NCBI GenBank assembly: GCA_035301145.1
Contig: DATGUQ010000075.1
Location: 686-64,685, forward strand
Direction: 5' to 3'
DNA from: Brachybacterium sp.
Lineage (GTDB): Bacteria > Actinomycetota > Actinomycetes > Actinomycetales > Dermabacteraceae
Length of the DNA stretch: 64,000 nucleotides
The position numbers and the translations under genes are program-made. The notes below the pieces were generated by a model. It worked only from the letters and a program-made list of their open reading frames with translations. It was not told the origin of the DNA and did no database searches. Shown here in pieces: positions 47,028-56,798 of this stretch (the first letter of the stretch is position 1; each line of letters begins with the position of its first letter).

Positions 47028-48017
47028 TCAGATCCCCGCCTCGATGATCTCGGCGATCTGCTCCCGGGTGTACCACTGGTCGTTGGAGTCGGAGCGGAAG
47101 AAGAACCCGGGCTCGACCGGCACGGCGGCGGCCGGCGGCTCGTACCCCCAGGAGGCCAGGTCGGGCTGGATGATGAAGTACTTCCCGTCGCGGATCATGA
47201 CCGCGCGGCGCCCCTCCTCCGGGCTGATCATCTCCTCGTGCAGCTTCTCGCCGGGGCGCAGCCCCACGTCGACCAGCTCGGCGCCGGGCACGACGGCGTG
47301 CGCGAGATCGGTGACCTTCATCGACGGGATGCGGGGCACCAGCAGCTCGCCGCCCTGCATCAGCTCGAAGGTGTCGATCACCATCTGCACCGCCTGCGGC
47401 AGGGTGATGAAGAAGCGGGTGCAGTGCAGATCGGTGATCGGCAGCGGCTTCCCCTCCTCGCCGAGGCGGCGGAAGAACGGGATCACCGAGCCGCGCGAGC
47501 CCATCACGTTGCCGTAGCGCACCACGGCGAACCGGGTGTCGTAGGCCGCGGCGTAGTGGTTGCCGGTGATGAACAGCTTGTCGGCGGTGAGCTTGGTGGC
47601 GCCGTAGAGGTTGATGGGGCTCGAGGCCTTGTCCGTCGAGAGCGCGACGACCTTCTTCACGCCGGCGTCGATCGACGCCTCGATGACGTTCTGGCTGCCC
47701 AGGACGTTGGTCTTGACGAACTCGAACGGGTTGTACTCCGCGGTGTCCACCTGCTTCAGCGCGGCGGCATGGACGACGTAGTCCACGCCGTGCAGGGCGC
47801 GGGACAGCCGGCGCTCGTCGCGGATGTCGCCGAGGAACCAACGCAGCCGCGGATCGTCCCCGAAGAGGTTGCGCACCTCGTACTGCTTCAGCTCGTCCCG
47901 CGAGAAGACGACGACGCGCCGCGGGTCGTGGTTGTCGAGCACCTCCCGGAGGAAGGCCTTGCCGAAGGATCCGGTCCCGCCGGTCACGAGGATGGATGCA
48001 CCGTTCAGGAGCGACAT
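47028..48017 (-). CDS. pseB: UDP-GlcNAc 4,6-dehydratase (inverting) PseB
   Basis: TGGTGSFG, FSRDELKQ, HAAALKQV, AEYNPFE, LSTDKA, YGATK, RYGNVMGSRGSVIP, GEKLHEEM. Confidence 0.95.
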   Translation of the reverse strand: MSLLNGASILVTGGTGSFGKAFLREVLDNHDPRRVVVFSRDELKQYEVRNLFGDDPRLRWFLGDIRDERRLSRALHGVDYVVHAAALKQVDTAEYNPFEFVKTNVLGSQNVIEASIDAGVKKVVALSTDKASSPINLYGATKLTADKLFITGNHYAAAYDTRFAVVRYGNVMGSRGSVIPFFRRLGEEGKPLPITDLHCTRFFITLPQAVQMVIDTFELMQGGELLVPRIPSMKVTDLAHAVVPGAELVDVGLRPGEKLHEEMISPEEGRRAVMIRDGKYFIIQPDLASWGYEPPAAAVPVEPGFFFRSDSNDQWYTREQIAEIIEAGI

Positions 48018-48074
48018 GCAGATCTCTTTCGTCGACTGGGAGGAGGCGCCGCCGGGGGCGCTCCGGGGGCTGCG

Positions 48075-48091
48075 CGTGCCATTATGGCACG
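48075..48091. promoter_or_regulatory. Palindromic, putatively bidirectional -10 element between pseB and pseF
   Basis: CGTGCCAT-t-ATGGCACG; reads CATTAT on plus (6 nt before pseF GTG) and CATAAT on minus. Confidence 0.55.
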
Positions 48092-48829
48092 GTGACCGAT
48101 ACACGATGTGTGGCTGTTGTCCAGGCGCGGACGGGCTCCTCCCGCCTCCCGGGGAAGGTGCTCCGGCCGCTGGCCGGGCGCCCCGTGCTCGCGTGGATGG
48201 TCCGTGCCGCCCGCGCGGCGGAGGGCGTCGACGAGGTGGTGGTGGCGACCTCGACCGCCCCCGGTGACGACGCGGTCGCCGAGCTCGGCGAGGAGCTCGG
48301 TGTGCGCGTGGTGCGCGGCAGCGAGGACGACGTGCTCTCCCGCTTCGTGCTCGCCGCGGAGACGACCGCCGCCGATGCCGTCGTCCGGCTCACCGCCGAC
48401 TGCCCGCTGGCCGATCCCGCACTGATCTCGGCCGTGGTGGGGCTGTGGCGCGCGGACCGCTCCCTCGACTACGCCGCGACCACGCTGGTGCGCACCCTGC
48501 CGCGGGGACTGGACGTCGAGCTCGCCTCGAGGGCCGCGCTGCTGACCGCGGACGCGGAGGCCGAGAGCTTCCACCGCACCCACGTGACCTCGTACCTGTA
48601 CGACAGCGAGCGCCGATTCCGCACGATGGGACTGGTGGTGCAGCCGACGGCGAACGATCTGCGGGTCACTCTCGACACCGTCGAGGACGGCGCCATGCTG
48701 GACGCGGTCGTCGCCGAGCTCGGCGACCGCCCCCCGGCGTGGCACGAGGTCGTCGAGCTGCTGCGCTCGCGACCGGACATCGTCCGTCTCAACGCCGGGG
48801 TCCGGCAGAAGACGCTGGCCGAGGGATGA
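48092..48829 (+). CDS. pseF: Acylneuraminate/pseudaminate cytidylyltransferase (PseF/SpsF type)
   Basis: VQARTGSSRLPGKVL, RGSEDDVLSRF, RLTADCPL, PRGLDVE, HVTSY, RVTLDT. Confidence 0.85.
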   Translation: MTDTRCVAVVQARTGSSRLPGKVLRPLAGRPVLAWMVRAARAAEGVDEVVVATSTAPGDDAVAELGEELGVRVVRGSEDDVLSRFVLAAETTAADAVVRLTADCPLADPALISAVVGLWRADRSLDYAATTLVRTLPRGLDVELASRAALLTADAEAESFHRTHVTSYLYDSERRFRTMGLVVQPTANDLRVTLDTVEDGAMLDAVVAELGDRPPAWHEVVELLRSRPDIVRLNAGVRQKTLAEG

Positions 48830-50313
48830 CGCACGTCGTCATCCGGTGCGATGCGACCGCCGAGGGCGGGATCGGGCACCTGGTGCGCGCGCTGTCCGTC
48901 GCGGACGCCGCCCGGGCCGCGGGGCACACCGTCGTGATGGCCGGGTCGATCGACGCCCCGCTCGCACAGCGCCTGCTGGCCGAGGCGGGTCTCGAGGTGA
49001 CCGAGGCCGCGGAGGATCTGGAGGTCCTCGCCGCCGAGCAGGGGGCGAGCGTCGTCCACGTGGACGACTACACGATCGGCACCGAGGCCCGGGGCCAGGT
49101 GCACGCCGCCGGCGCGCTGCTGTCCTCGATGGAGGACGGGAGCTTCGGGCGTCGACCCGCCGACGTCGTCGTCGATTCCACGATCCGCGCCGAGCGGAGC
49201 GGCCGCCCTGAGGACGGCAGCGGGACCGTGCTGCAGGGCATCGCCTACGCCCCGATGCGCGCCGAGGTGCGCGCCGCCCGGTCGAGGCGGGCCGACGAGG
49301 ACCACGACGTGCGCCGCGGCGCACGGGTGCTGATCGTCATGGGCGGCACCGACGCGACCGGCGCGGCCGGGACCCTGGCCGCCGTCTGCGCCGCCGCCGA
49401 CGGGGTCGCCCACGTGAGCGTCATCGCGCCCGAGCACAGCTGGGACGCGGTGCGCGCCGAGGCCGGGGAGGCCGTCGAGCTGCTCGGCCCCTCCCCCGCC
49501 TTCCTCGAGCACGCGAGCGCGGCGGACCTCGTGGTCAGCGCCGCCGGCACCACCGCCTGGGAGCTCGCCTGCATCGGCGTGCCGAGCCTGCTGGTCGCCG
49601 TGGTGGAGAACCAGCGTGCCGGCTACGAGGCCGCCCTCGCCGAGCGGATCGCACGGGGGCTGGGCACTCTCGAGCAGGTGCGGGCCGACCCGTCGGCCGC
49701 GACCGCCGAGGTGGAGCGGGCGGTCGCCGATCTGCGCGCGAGACGCACCTGGGCCCCGGTGGGCCGGGAGAAGGTCGACGGCCACGGCGCCGAGCGGATC
49801 GTGGCCGCCTGGGACGAGGCGCTCGGCCGACGGGTCGGCGACGGGGACGCCCCGGTCACGGCGCGGCCCGCGACCCTCGCGGACTCGTCCCTGCTGCTGC
49901 GCTGGCGCAACGATCCCGAGACCCGCGCGGTGTCGCGGTCCACCGACCGGGTCTCCTGGGAGGGCCACACGGGCTGGTACGCGCGGGCCGTGGAGGACCC
50001 GGAGCGGGAGCTGTACGTGATCGAGCGCGGCGGGGCACCCGTCGGCACCGTGCGCTTCGACGCGCTGGAGGGTCCCGAGTGGGAGGTGTCGATCACCCTC
50101 GCCCCCGAGGCCCGGGGCCACGGGCTCTCCCGACCGGTCCTCGCGGCCGGCGAGTCCGTCCACGGAGCGCGTCACCCCGGGGCGGTCGTCATCGCCGCGA
50201 TCCTGCCCGGCAACGTCCCGTCCCGGCGACTGTTCACCGGGGCCGGCTACGTGCTCGAGCCGGACCGCGCCGACGGCGACTTCGAGGTGTACGTCAGACG
50301 AGATCCCAGCTGA
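48826..50313 (+). CDS. pseG: Bifunctional PseG UDP-sugar hydrolase / PseH-type GNAT N-acetyltransferase
   Basis: RCDA...GIGHLVR, MGGTD, SAAGTTAWEL...GVP, ENQ, VDGHGAER; then GNAT LLRWRND, GTVRFD, VSITLAPEARGHG, NVPSRRLF. Confidence 0.88.
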   Translation: MTHVVIRCDATAEGGIGHLVRALSVADAARAAGHTVVMAGSIDAPLAQRLLAEAGLEVTEAAEDLEVLAAEQGASVVHVDDYTIGTEARGQVHAAGALLSSMEDGSFGRRPADVVVDSTIRAERSGRPEDGSGTVLQGIAYAPMRAEVRAARSRRADEDHDVRRGARVLIVMGGTDATGAAGTLAAVCAAADGVAHVSVIAPEHSWDAVRAEAGEAVELLGPSPAFLEHASAADLVVSAAGTTAWELACIGVPSLLVAVVENQRAGYEAALAERIARGLGTLEQVRADPSAATAEVERAVADLRARRTWAPVGREKVDGHGAERIVAAWDEALGRRVGDGDAPVTARPATLADSSLLLRWRNDPETRAVSRSTDRVSWEGHTGWYARAVEDPERELYVIERGGAPVGTVRFDALEGPEWEVSITLAPEARGHGLSRPVLAAGESVHGARHPGAVVIAAILPGNVPSRRLFTGAGYVLEPDRADGDFEVYVRRDPS

Positions 50314-51367
50314 GCGGGGTCCCGCGGCTCACGTCCTGGCTGAAGGTGCGCCCGAGGACGACGTCGAGGCAGCGCGGCTCGAGCCCGCCGGCCGGTCGGA
50401 TCGAGCGGACGTTCGCCTCGGTGATCTCGTCGCCGGCGCGGACGTCCTCGACCACGAACAGGGAGCGGCGCAGCCGCTGGCTCTCCGCCTCGCTCCTCGT
50501 CGGGCCGACATGCACCTCGCCGAGCGCGAGCCATGCGGCGTAGGACTCCTCGACCAGGGACCTCAGCTCCTCGGGCTCGAGGGAGAAGTCCGAGTCGACA
50601 CCGCCGTCGGCGCGGCGCAGCGTCACGTGCTTCTCCAGGATCGCGGCGCCGAAGGCCACGGCCGCGACGCTCACCCCGATGCCCTTGGTGTGGTCGGACA
50701 GCCCGCCGACCACCTTCCAGGTGTCGGCCAGCACCGGGATGGTGCGCAGGTTCGAGGCCTCTGCGGTGGCGGGATAGGAGGAGGTGCAGCCCAGCACGGC
50801 GATCTGGTCGTTGCCCTCCGCGCGCAGGGTCGCCACGGCGAGGTCCACGTCCGCGGCGTCGGCGGCCCCCGTGGAGAGGATCACCGGCTTCCCGGTGCGG
50901 GCGACCGTGCGCAGCAGCGGGATGTCCCCGATCTCGAGCGAGGCGATCTTGTACACCTCGGCGCCCAGGTCCTCCAGGAGGTCGACGGCGGTGGCGTCGA
51001 AGGGGCTGGAGAACGGGATCATGCCGTGCTCCCGGGCCCGCGCGAAGATCGCCTCGTGCCACTCCCACGGGGTATGGGCCTGCTGGTAGAGGCTGTAGAG
51101 GTTGCGGCCGCCCCACAGCCCGTGGCTGTCGGTGATGCGGAAGGCGGGACCGTCGGCATCGATGGTGATCGTGTCCGCCGTGTAGGTCTGGAGCTTGATC
51201 GCGGGGGCGCCGGTCTCCGCGATCGCGTCGACGATCGCCAGCGCCCGGCCGAGGTCTCCGTTGTGGTTGCCGGACATCTCCGCCGCGACGAAGGGGGCGT
51301 GGTCCACGCCGACCTGCAGGTCGCCGATCTGGAGTGACTTGGGGGATCCGTGCTGGCTGTGGAGCAT
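50294..51367 (-). CDS. pseI: Pseudaminic acid synthase (NeuB family with C-terminal SAF/AFP-like domain)
   Basis: AEMSGNHNG, KLQTYTADTIT, AHTPWEWH, FSSPFD, YKIAS, GLSDHT, EKHVTL, DSDFSLEP, RRSLF; ATG lies 6 nt after TACGAT. Confidence 0.93.
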   Translation of the reverse strand: MLHSQHGSPKSLQIGDLQVGVDHAPFVAAEMSGNHNGDLGRALAIVDAIAETGAPAIKLQTYTADTITIDADGPAFRITDSHGLWGGRNLYSLYQQAHTPWEWHEAIFARAREHGMIPFSSPFDATAVDLLEDLGAEVYKIASLEIGDIPLLRTVARTGKPVILSTGAADAADVDLAVATLRAEGNDQIAVLGCTSSYPATAEASNLRTIPVLADTWKVVGGLSDHTKGIGVSVAAVAFGAAILEKHVTLRRADGGVDSDFSLEPEELRSLVEESYAAWLALGEVHVGPTRSEAESQRLRRSLFVVEDVRAGDEITEANVRSIRPAGGLEPRCLDVVLGRTFSQDVSRGTPLSWDLV

Positions 51368-51468
51368 GGGTCGATCGTACCGGAGGCGTCTCGGCGGCCC
51401 GTCCTCGGTCTGCGCGGGGAACACGCACCCTGCGGGCGAGGGCTGCACCCCGGTGACGGGCCCGGCCG

Positions 51469-52479
51469 TCAGCGGCGCGGGGCGAGGGGTTCCGGGAGCA
51501 GGTCCCCGCTCGCCGGGACCCGTGGCAGAGCGCCCGGGAGGTGGCTGAGGGGGTGGCGCAGGAACACGAGCGGGGACTGCCCGGAGCCGGCGTCCTGGGC
51601 GCCCTCGGTCCGCTGCACCAGTCCCAGTACGGCACCGGCCTTCCTCAGCGGTGCGCCCGTCCAGTAGCTGAGGAACGGTCCGGGCGAGCGGCGGTCCCAG
51701 CCCAGAGCGGCCCGAAGGGCCTCGGGGGTGAGCAGGTGCTGGTGGCCGAGCTCGGCGAGCGCGATGTCCCGTCTCGTCTCGTCGTCGGATCCCTCGTGGA
51801 ACTCCGGCCACAGGTCCCGGGTGCGCTGCGAGACCTCGGTCCCGAGCGCACCGATGCTCAGGTCGGAGCCGTAGATCGCGGTCGGGGCGCCTTCGGCCGC
51901 GGCGTAGACGACGGCGGTCGAGAGCTGGTTGGACACCACGCGGCGCGCCCCGCGCACCAGGCGCAGGATCCGGCCCAGGAACTGCGGGTCGCGGCGTTCG
52001 CCGGCACTGACCACGCGGTGCCCGTGCGCGCCCCAGACCCGGAGCTTCTCCGGGCGGTCGAGATCCTCGGGATGCAGGCAGACCACCGAGGGGCCGTCGC
52101 GTTCGGCGAGCTCCCGGGCGAGGACGGCGTCGTCCTGCTCGAGCTTGACCAGGCGGGTGTCGTGCACGGGGAAGGCGACCGCGGCGCCCAGCGGCTCGAC
52201 GTGCCGGTCGTCGGTCATGGCGCTCAGGTAGAGGAAGGGCGCGCCGATCGGGGTGGTCTCGTACGGGTCGGCGGCCGGGTCCCATCCGCGCGCCGAATGG
52301 CTCCACACCAGCCGCCGTGCCGTCCGCGGCAGACGCGCGAAGTCGGAGAAGTGCACGAGGCTGGGCGAACGGACCGTCCACCCGTGTTGGAGGAGCCCGT
52401 CGATGTGCCGGACCGCGCCGAGCCCCGCATGCCGGGCCAGTGCCGCGCTGTGCCCGTAGTAGTGGTTCTGGATGTCCAT
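51469..52479 (-). CDS. Hypothetical protein, candidate GT-B nonulosonate transferase
   Basis: MDIQNHYYGH, LLQHGW, IGAPFLYL, CLHPED, SNQLSTAVVYAA; sits within the pse locus. Confidence 0.7.
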   Translation of the reverse strand: MDIQNHYYGHSAALARHAGLGAVRHIDGLLQHGWTVRSPSLVHFSDFARLPRTARRLVWSHSARGWDPAADPYETTPIGAPFLYLSAMTDDRHVEPLGAAVAFPVHDTRLVKLEQDDAVLARELAERDGPSVVCLHPEDLDRPEKLRVWGAHGHRVVSAGERRDPQFLGRILRLVRGARRVVSNQLSTAVVYAAAEGAPTAIYGSDLSIGALGTEVSQRTRDLWPEFHEGSDDETRRDIALAELGHQHLLTPEALRAALGWDRRSPGPFLSYWTGAPLRKAGAVLGLVQRTEGAQDAGSGQSPLVFLRHPLSHLPGALPRVPASGDLLPEPLAPRR

Positions 52480-52485
52480 GCGAGC

Positions 52486-55400
52486 TCAGCGGAAGATGCG
52501 GTGGCGCGTCTCGGGGACCTCGTACGGCACGAGGTCATGGGGCGTGCGCGCCAGGCGGAACAGGCCGGACTCCATGTCCTGCAGCGTCTCCTCGTGGCCC
52601 GGCACCTCGATCACGTAGGTCGGTCGTCCCAGGGCGGCGGACTCCCACAGCGAGGTGGAGAAGGTCCCCACGGAGAGGCGGGAGCGCGAGATCGTGGTCA
52701 GGGTGTCCTCGGCGGCGATGTCCACCTGGGAGTCCAGCCCCGCCGCCGCCAGCTCGCGCGGGATGATCTGCCGCTGCGCAGGATGCGGGGCGATCACCAC
52801 CCGCAGGTCCGGGCGCTCGCGCACCAGCTCCTGCACGAACGCCAGGATCCGACGCAGCACCCGCGGCTGGGAGATCACGCAGACGTCCCAGGTGGGCTCG
52901 TCGCTCGGCGGGTCCTCGACGGCGGCCTCGAGCTCGGGCTGGTCGCGCGGGACCACGACGTGCTCGTCGTAGACGTTGGTGCGCTCCGCCCAGAAGTCCG
53001 ACCAGGTGTAGAAGCGCGTGGCTCCGTGATGGGGCTTCTGCCCGAACCAGAAGCTGGGGGCGTACCTGCTGGTCAGGGCGTACTGGATGTCCGAGACGCG
53101 AGCGCCGGAGCGCGCTGCGGCGGCGGAGATCCCGGCCCACCAGTGGCTCGAGGCGATCAGCACCTCCTCCGGCTGGACCCGCTCGAACACGGGGGTCCAG
53201 AACTCCCGCTCCGCCAGGAACTTCGCCAACCGGTTGCGCAGGTGGTCGCCGAGGTCGACGCGGATCCCCAGGGACTCGGACAGCGCCGCCTCGAACGGCC
53301 GGGCGTCCACCTCCGGCACCCGCAGGTGCGCCCAGCGTCGGCGCCAGTGCTTCTTCCACTGCGTGAACTCCGCGAACGGGTACACCAGGTTCGTCTCGTC
53401 GACGTCCGGGTAGCCCCCGGCGTCCGGCTGGACGACGAACAGCGTCTCGTCGTCCACGAACGGCGCGGTCCGGTATCCGCTCTGCCCGCGCCGCGCGTAG
53501 TCGAACACCACCGACCGCGCCCTCGGTGCGGTGGTCAGCCGTTTGCTGCCCGTGTAGACGTCGTCCACGGCACCGCCGACCGCGGAGGCGGCGCCCCACA
53601 GTCCTGCCGCCTCGGCCAGCTGGATCACCAGGGCCGAGCGCCCCAGCTCCCACACGTGCACCCCGTCGACCGTGGTGATGTCGAACAGGCCGTGCTCGCG
53701 CTCGGCGGCGCACAGCCGCTCGAACAGCTCGCCGTAGGACCACGGCGGCGTCACCCGACGCTGCGAGACGCCGTCCCGCAGCAGCAGCCAGTCGTACTCG
53801 CCGCGCACCGTCACGGAGGGTCGTCCCGCACCGCCGTCGTTCGACACCTCGACGCCGCCGGTGGCGTTGAGGGGGGTGCCGAAGCTGTCGACCCCGGAGG
53901 TGACCGGGAACCACGGGTGCCGCGGCAGCTCGCGGTGGGTGCCCTCCGAGGGGGTGACCGCGACCGCGTCGGCCAGGGCCTTCATCCCGGTCGCGGCGTA
54001 GGTCCTCGCGACGCGCCCCACCGAACCCATCGCCTGTGCGGGCAGACCGATGGCCTTCCCGACGCCGCTGAGCCCGCGCTGGGGCGAGGACGGCGCCGCC
54101 GGGACGGATGAGGCGCCCGATGCGGGCTCGGGGGCCGGGCTCATCGCCTCGGGTGCGGAGGGCTGCGTCGTGGAGGCGCTGCGCTCCTCGGCTCGACGAG
54201 GCTTCGGCGCGGGCAGGACCTGCCGCACCTTCCAGGCGATGGCCTCGGCCGCCTCGCCGCTGAACTCGACGAGCGCGCCCGGCGTGGTGTGCCAGGAGAC
54301 GTGCCGTGATCCGCCGCGGGCGGCGACGAGCCCGTCGCCGGCGGAGGAGGCGTCCCCGTAGGACGCGTCACGGCGCAGACGAGGCAGCACGGGCAGTGAC
54401 GTACCGTCCGCGGGGCCGGCCAGGTAATGCCGGTCGGGTGAACCGGCCTGCGGGCTGTAGGAGACGACGGAGGCTCCGCCGACGGGGAACTCGATGACGG
54501 TCCGTCCGTCCTCGCGCCGGACCTGCGGATGCGTGATGGTCTCGCCGTCGTCGACCTCGATGTCGTACAGCTGGACCGAGGAGTCGACCGTGACCTCGTG
54601 GACGCGGCGGAGCCCGGAGCGGCGCACCCGGTGGCCGATCTCCCAGGCGGCGATCGGCTCGACCCCGTCCGTGGCGAAGACCTCCGTCAGATCGATCGGG
54701 GCGTCGTGCGGGCCGAGGAAGTCCCGGTACTGCTCCGCGACCGCCGCCGGGGCGAACCGTTCGTCGTACCGCTCGCGGGCCCGTGCGCCGAACTGCTCGC
54801 GCAGGGCCGGGTCCGCCGCGAGCTCGCCCAGCCGCTCGGCCAGTTCGTCGACGTCGCCGAGCGGGATGATGTAGCCGCTGCCGCCGTGCTCGATCGCCTC
54901 GCGCGGGCCGAAGTCGAAGTCGTAGGACACGGTGGGGCGCCCCTGGTACATCGCCTCGAGCAGCGGGTACGGGAACCCCTCGGACAGCGAGGTCATCAGG
55001 ACGATGTCCGCGGTCGAGTACACGTCCTCCTCGGTGCCGAAGCCGGGGATGCTCACGCGGTCGGTCAGTCCCAGGTTCTCGATCAGCTCCTGGACGGCGA
55101 TGAAGTACGGGTTCAGCGGGCTGATGTTGCCCCACAGCGTCAGCCGCACCGAGGGGTCCTCGATCTTCGACAGCGCGCGCACGGCGTCGAGCTGGTTCTT
55201 GCGATGCTGGAACGAGGCCGGCAGGGCGATGTTCACGCCCTCGTGCGCGACCCTGCGCACCTTCCCCGGCCCCTCACCCGGGTAGTTCGGGATGAAGACG
55301 ACGTCCTCGTCGGCGAAGGTCGGGATGAACTGCGTGCGCAGGCCGTCGGCGACGGTCTGCAGGCGGTCGATCATGCCGCGCGTCTCCATCAGCGGCTCCC

Positions 55401-55857
55401 AGAGCTCGGCGTGGTGGAGGTAGTCGCCGTGGATCTGGAGCACCGTCCGCGGGCGGCGCTCCTCACCGCCCAGCGCATGCTGGAACGCCAGGACCTGCAC
55501 CGGCGCGGTGAAGATGAGCGTGTCCTCGGCCGTCAGCGCCCGGTTGAGGTCCCGCAGCGCGGCCAGCTCGTTGGCCGTGAACCGGTAGCGCAGGGCGCCG
55601 AGGCTCCCGGACAGCTCCGCGTGGACGTCGCGGTGCAGCAGCCTGCCGCCGTCCGCCGGGAGGGAGCGCAGGGTGAAGGCGGGGATCTCCAGGTCCAGCG
55701 GCCACGCCGGGATCATCCGGCTCGCCACGTCCCCGTTGCCCAGGAAGCCCAGCACCGCCACCGGGTAACCGGCCGCCCCCAGGCCGTTGGCCAGCTGGAT
55801 GACGGACTTGTGATAGCCGGTGGGCCCGGCGACCTCGTTGGTGCAGATCACGATCAT
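52486..55857 (-). CDS. Multidomain glycosyltransferase: N-terminal GT4 plus a C-terminal second GT-B-like domain
   Basis: GT4 motifs RKNQ, SLSEGFPYPLLEAM, FGPRE; C-terminal DIQYA, WSDFW, ISQP, APHP, FSTSLWESAALGRP. Confidence 0.85.
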   Translation of the reverse strand: MIVICTNEVAGPTGYHKSVIQLANGLGAAGYPVAVLGFLGNGDVASRMIPAWPLDLEIPAFTLRSLPADGGRLLHRDVHAELSGSLGALRYRFTANELAALRDLNRALTAEDTLIFTAPVQVLAFQHALGGEERRPRTVLQIHGDYLHHAELWEPLMETRGMIDRLQTVADGLRTQFIPTFADEDVVFIPNYPGEGPGKVRRVAHEGVNIALPASFQHRKNQLDAVRALSKIEDPSVRLTLWGNISPLNPYFIAVQELIENLGLTDRVSIPGFGTEEDVYSTADIVLMTSLSEGFPYPLLEAMYQGRPTVSYDFDFGPREAIEHGGSGYIIPLGDVDELAERLGELAADPALREQFGARARERYDERFAPAAVAEQYRDFLGPHDAPIDLTEVFATDGVEPIAAWEIGHRVRRSGLRRVHEVTVDSSVQLYDIEVDDGETITHPQVRREDGRTVIEFPVGGASVVSYSPQAGSPDRHYLAGPADGTSLPVLPRLRRDASYGDASSAGDGLVAARGGSRHVSWHTTPGALVEFSGEAAEAIAWKVRQVLPAPKPRRAEERSASTTQPSAPEAMSPAPEPASGASSVPAAPSSPQRGLSGVGKAIGLPAQAMGSVGRVARTYAATGMKALADAVAVTPSEGTHRELPRHPWFPVTSGVDSFGTPLNATGGVEVSNDGGAGRPSVTVRGEYDWLLLRDGVSQRRVTPPWSYGELFERLCAAEREHGLFDITTVDGVHVWELGRSALVIQLAEAAGLWGAASAVGGAVDDVYTGSKRLTTAPRARSVVFDYARRGQSGYRTAPFVDDETLFVVQPDAGGYPDVDETNLVYPFAEFTQWKKHWRRRWAHLRVPEVDARPFEAALSESLGIRVDLGDHLRNRLAKFLAEREFWTPVFERVQPEEVLIASSHWWAGISAAAARSGARVSDIQYALTSRYAPSFWFGQKPHHGATRFYTWSDFWAERTNVYDEHVVVPRDQPELEAAVEDPPSDEPTWDVCVISQPRVLRRILAFVQELVRERPDLRVVIAPHPAQRQIIPRELAAAGLDSQVDIAAEDTLTTISRSRLSVGTFSTSLWESAALGRPTYVIEVPGHEETLQDMESGLFRLARTPHDLVPYEVPETRHRIFR

Positions 55858-55934
55858 TCAGGTGACGACCTTCCTCGGGTGACGGCATGAGATGACCAGG
55901 GGCCGGGATTCCGCAGTCTAGCCACCGGGATCCG

Positions 55935-56729
55935 CTAGATCCGGTTCTTGCGCAGCGCCGCGACGGCCCCGGTGACCAGATGCATCGCAGCGCTCGGGAC
56001 GCTCAGCCGCTCCTGCCTCCGCAGCACCGTCCACACCGCACGCACCGCCCGTGAGCGATCGGCCGAGTGCGATCCGGGCTGGGCGGCGCGGTACAGGGCG
56101 AGCGGCTCGTCGATCCCGACGGCGATGCCCCCCGCCCCGAGGATGCGCAGCCACAGCGCCCAGTCCTCGGCACCCTGGATGTCGGGCATCGACACCGGCC
56201 CGGTCCGGTGGGTGTCCACCACGGCGGTCAGGTTCCCGATCACGTTGCGGCGCAGGAGCTCGGCATGGGTGAGGCGCGGAGGGACGTCCACCACACGGCC
56301 CTCGGGCCGGAAGTCCGCGGCGGAGCCCGCGTAGGCCGCGTCGACACGGTGGTAGCCGCAGTACAGGAGGGCCGCGCCGGTGGCCTCGGCGAGGTCGAGC
56401 TGACGCTGCAGCTTCGCGGGCAACCAGAGGTCGTCCGCATCGCAGAAGGCGAGGTAGCGGCCGGTTCCCGCCGCGATGCCGGAGTTGCGGGCCGCTGCCG
56501 GGCCGCCGCTGCGCCCACGGCGCACGAGCCGCACCCGGGCGTCCTGCTCGGCGAGCTCCTCGACGATGCCCGCGGTGCCGTCCGTGGACGCGTCGTCGAC
56601 GACGATCAGCTCGAGGTCCCGGCAGGTCTGATCGAGTACGCTGTGGACCGATTGACGCAGGGTCCGCGCGCCGTTGAACACCGGCATGATGACCGTCACC
56701 AGTGGAGGCAGTTCCTGAGCGGCAGTCAT
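55935..56729 (-). CDS. GT2 glycosyltransferase (TuaG-like)
   Basis: VTVIMPVFN, VDDASTD, AARNSG, FCDADDLWLPAKLQRQ, IGNLT, EDWALWL. Confidence 0.9.
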   Translation of the reverse strand: MTAAQELPPLVTVIMPVFNGARTLRQSVHSVLDQTCRDLELIVVDDASTDGTAGIVEELAEQDARVRLVRRGRSGGPAAARNSGIAAGTGRYLAFCDADDLWLPAKLQRQLDLAEATGAALLYCGYHRVDAAYAGSAADFRPEGRVVDVPPRLTHAELLRRNVIGNLTAVVDTHRTGPVSMPDIQGAEDWALWLRILGAGGIAVGIDEPLALYRAAQPGSHSADRSRAVRAVWTVLRRQERLSVPSAAMHLVTGAVAALRKNRI

Positions 56730-56798
56730 GATGCACGATCATACCGATGCCGAAGGATGCGCCGCCCGCGGGGCCCGTCCGGCTTGAGGAGAACGAAC

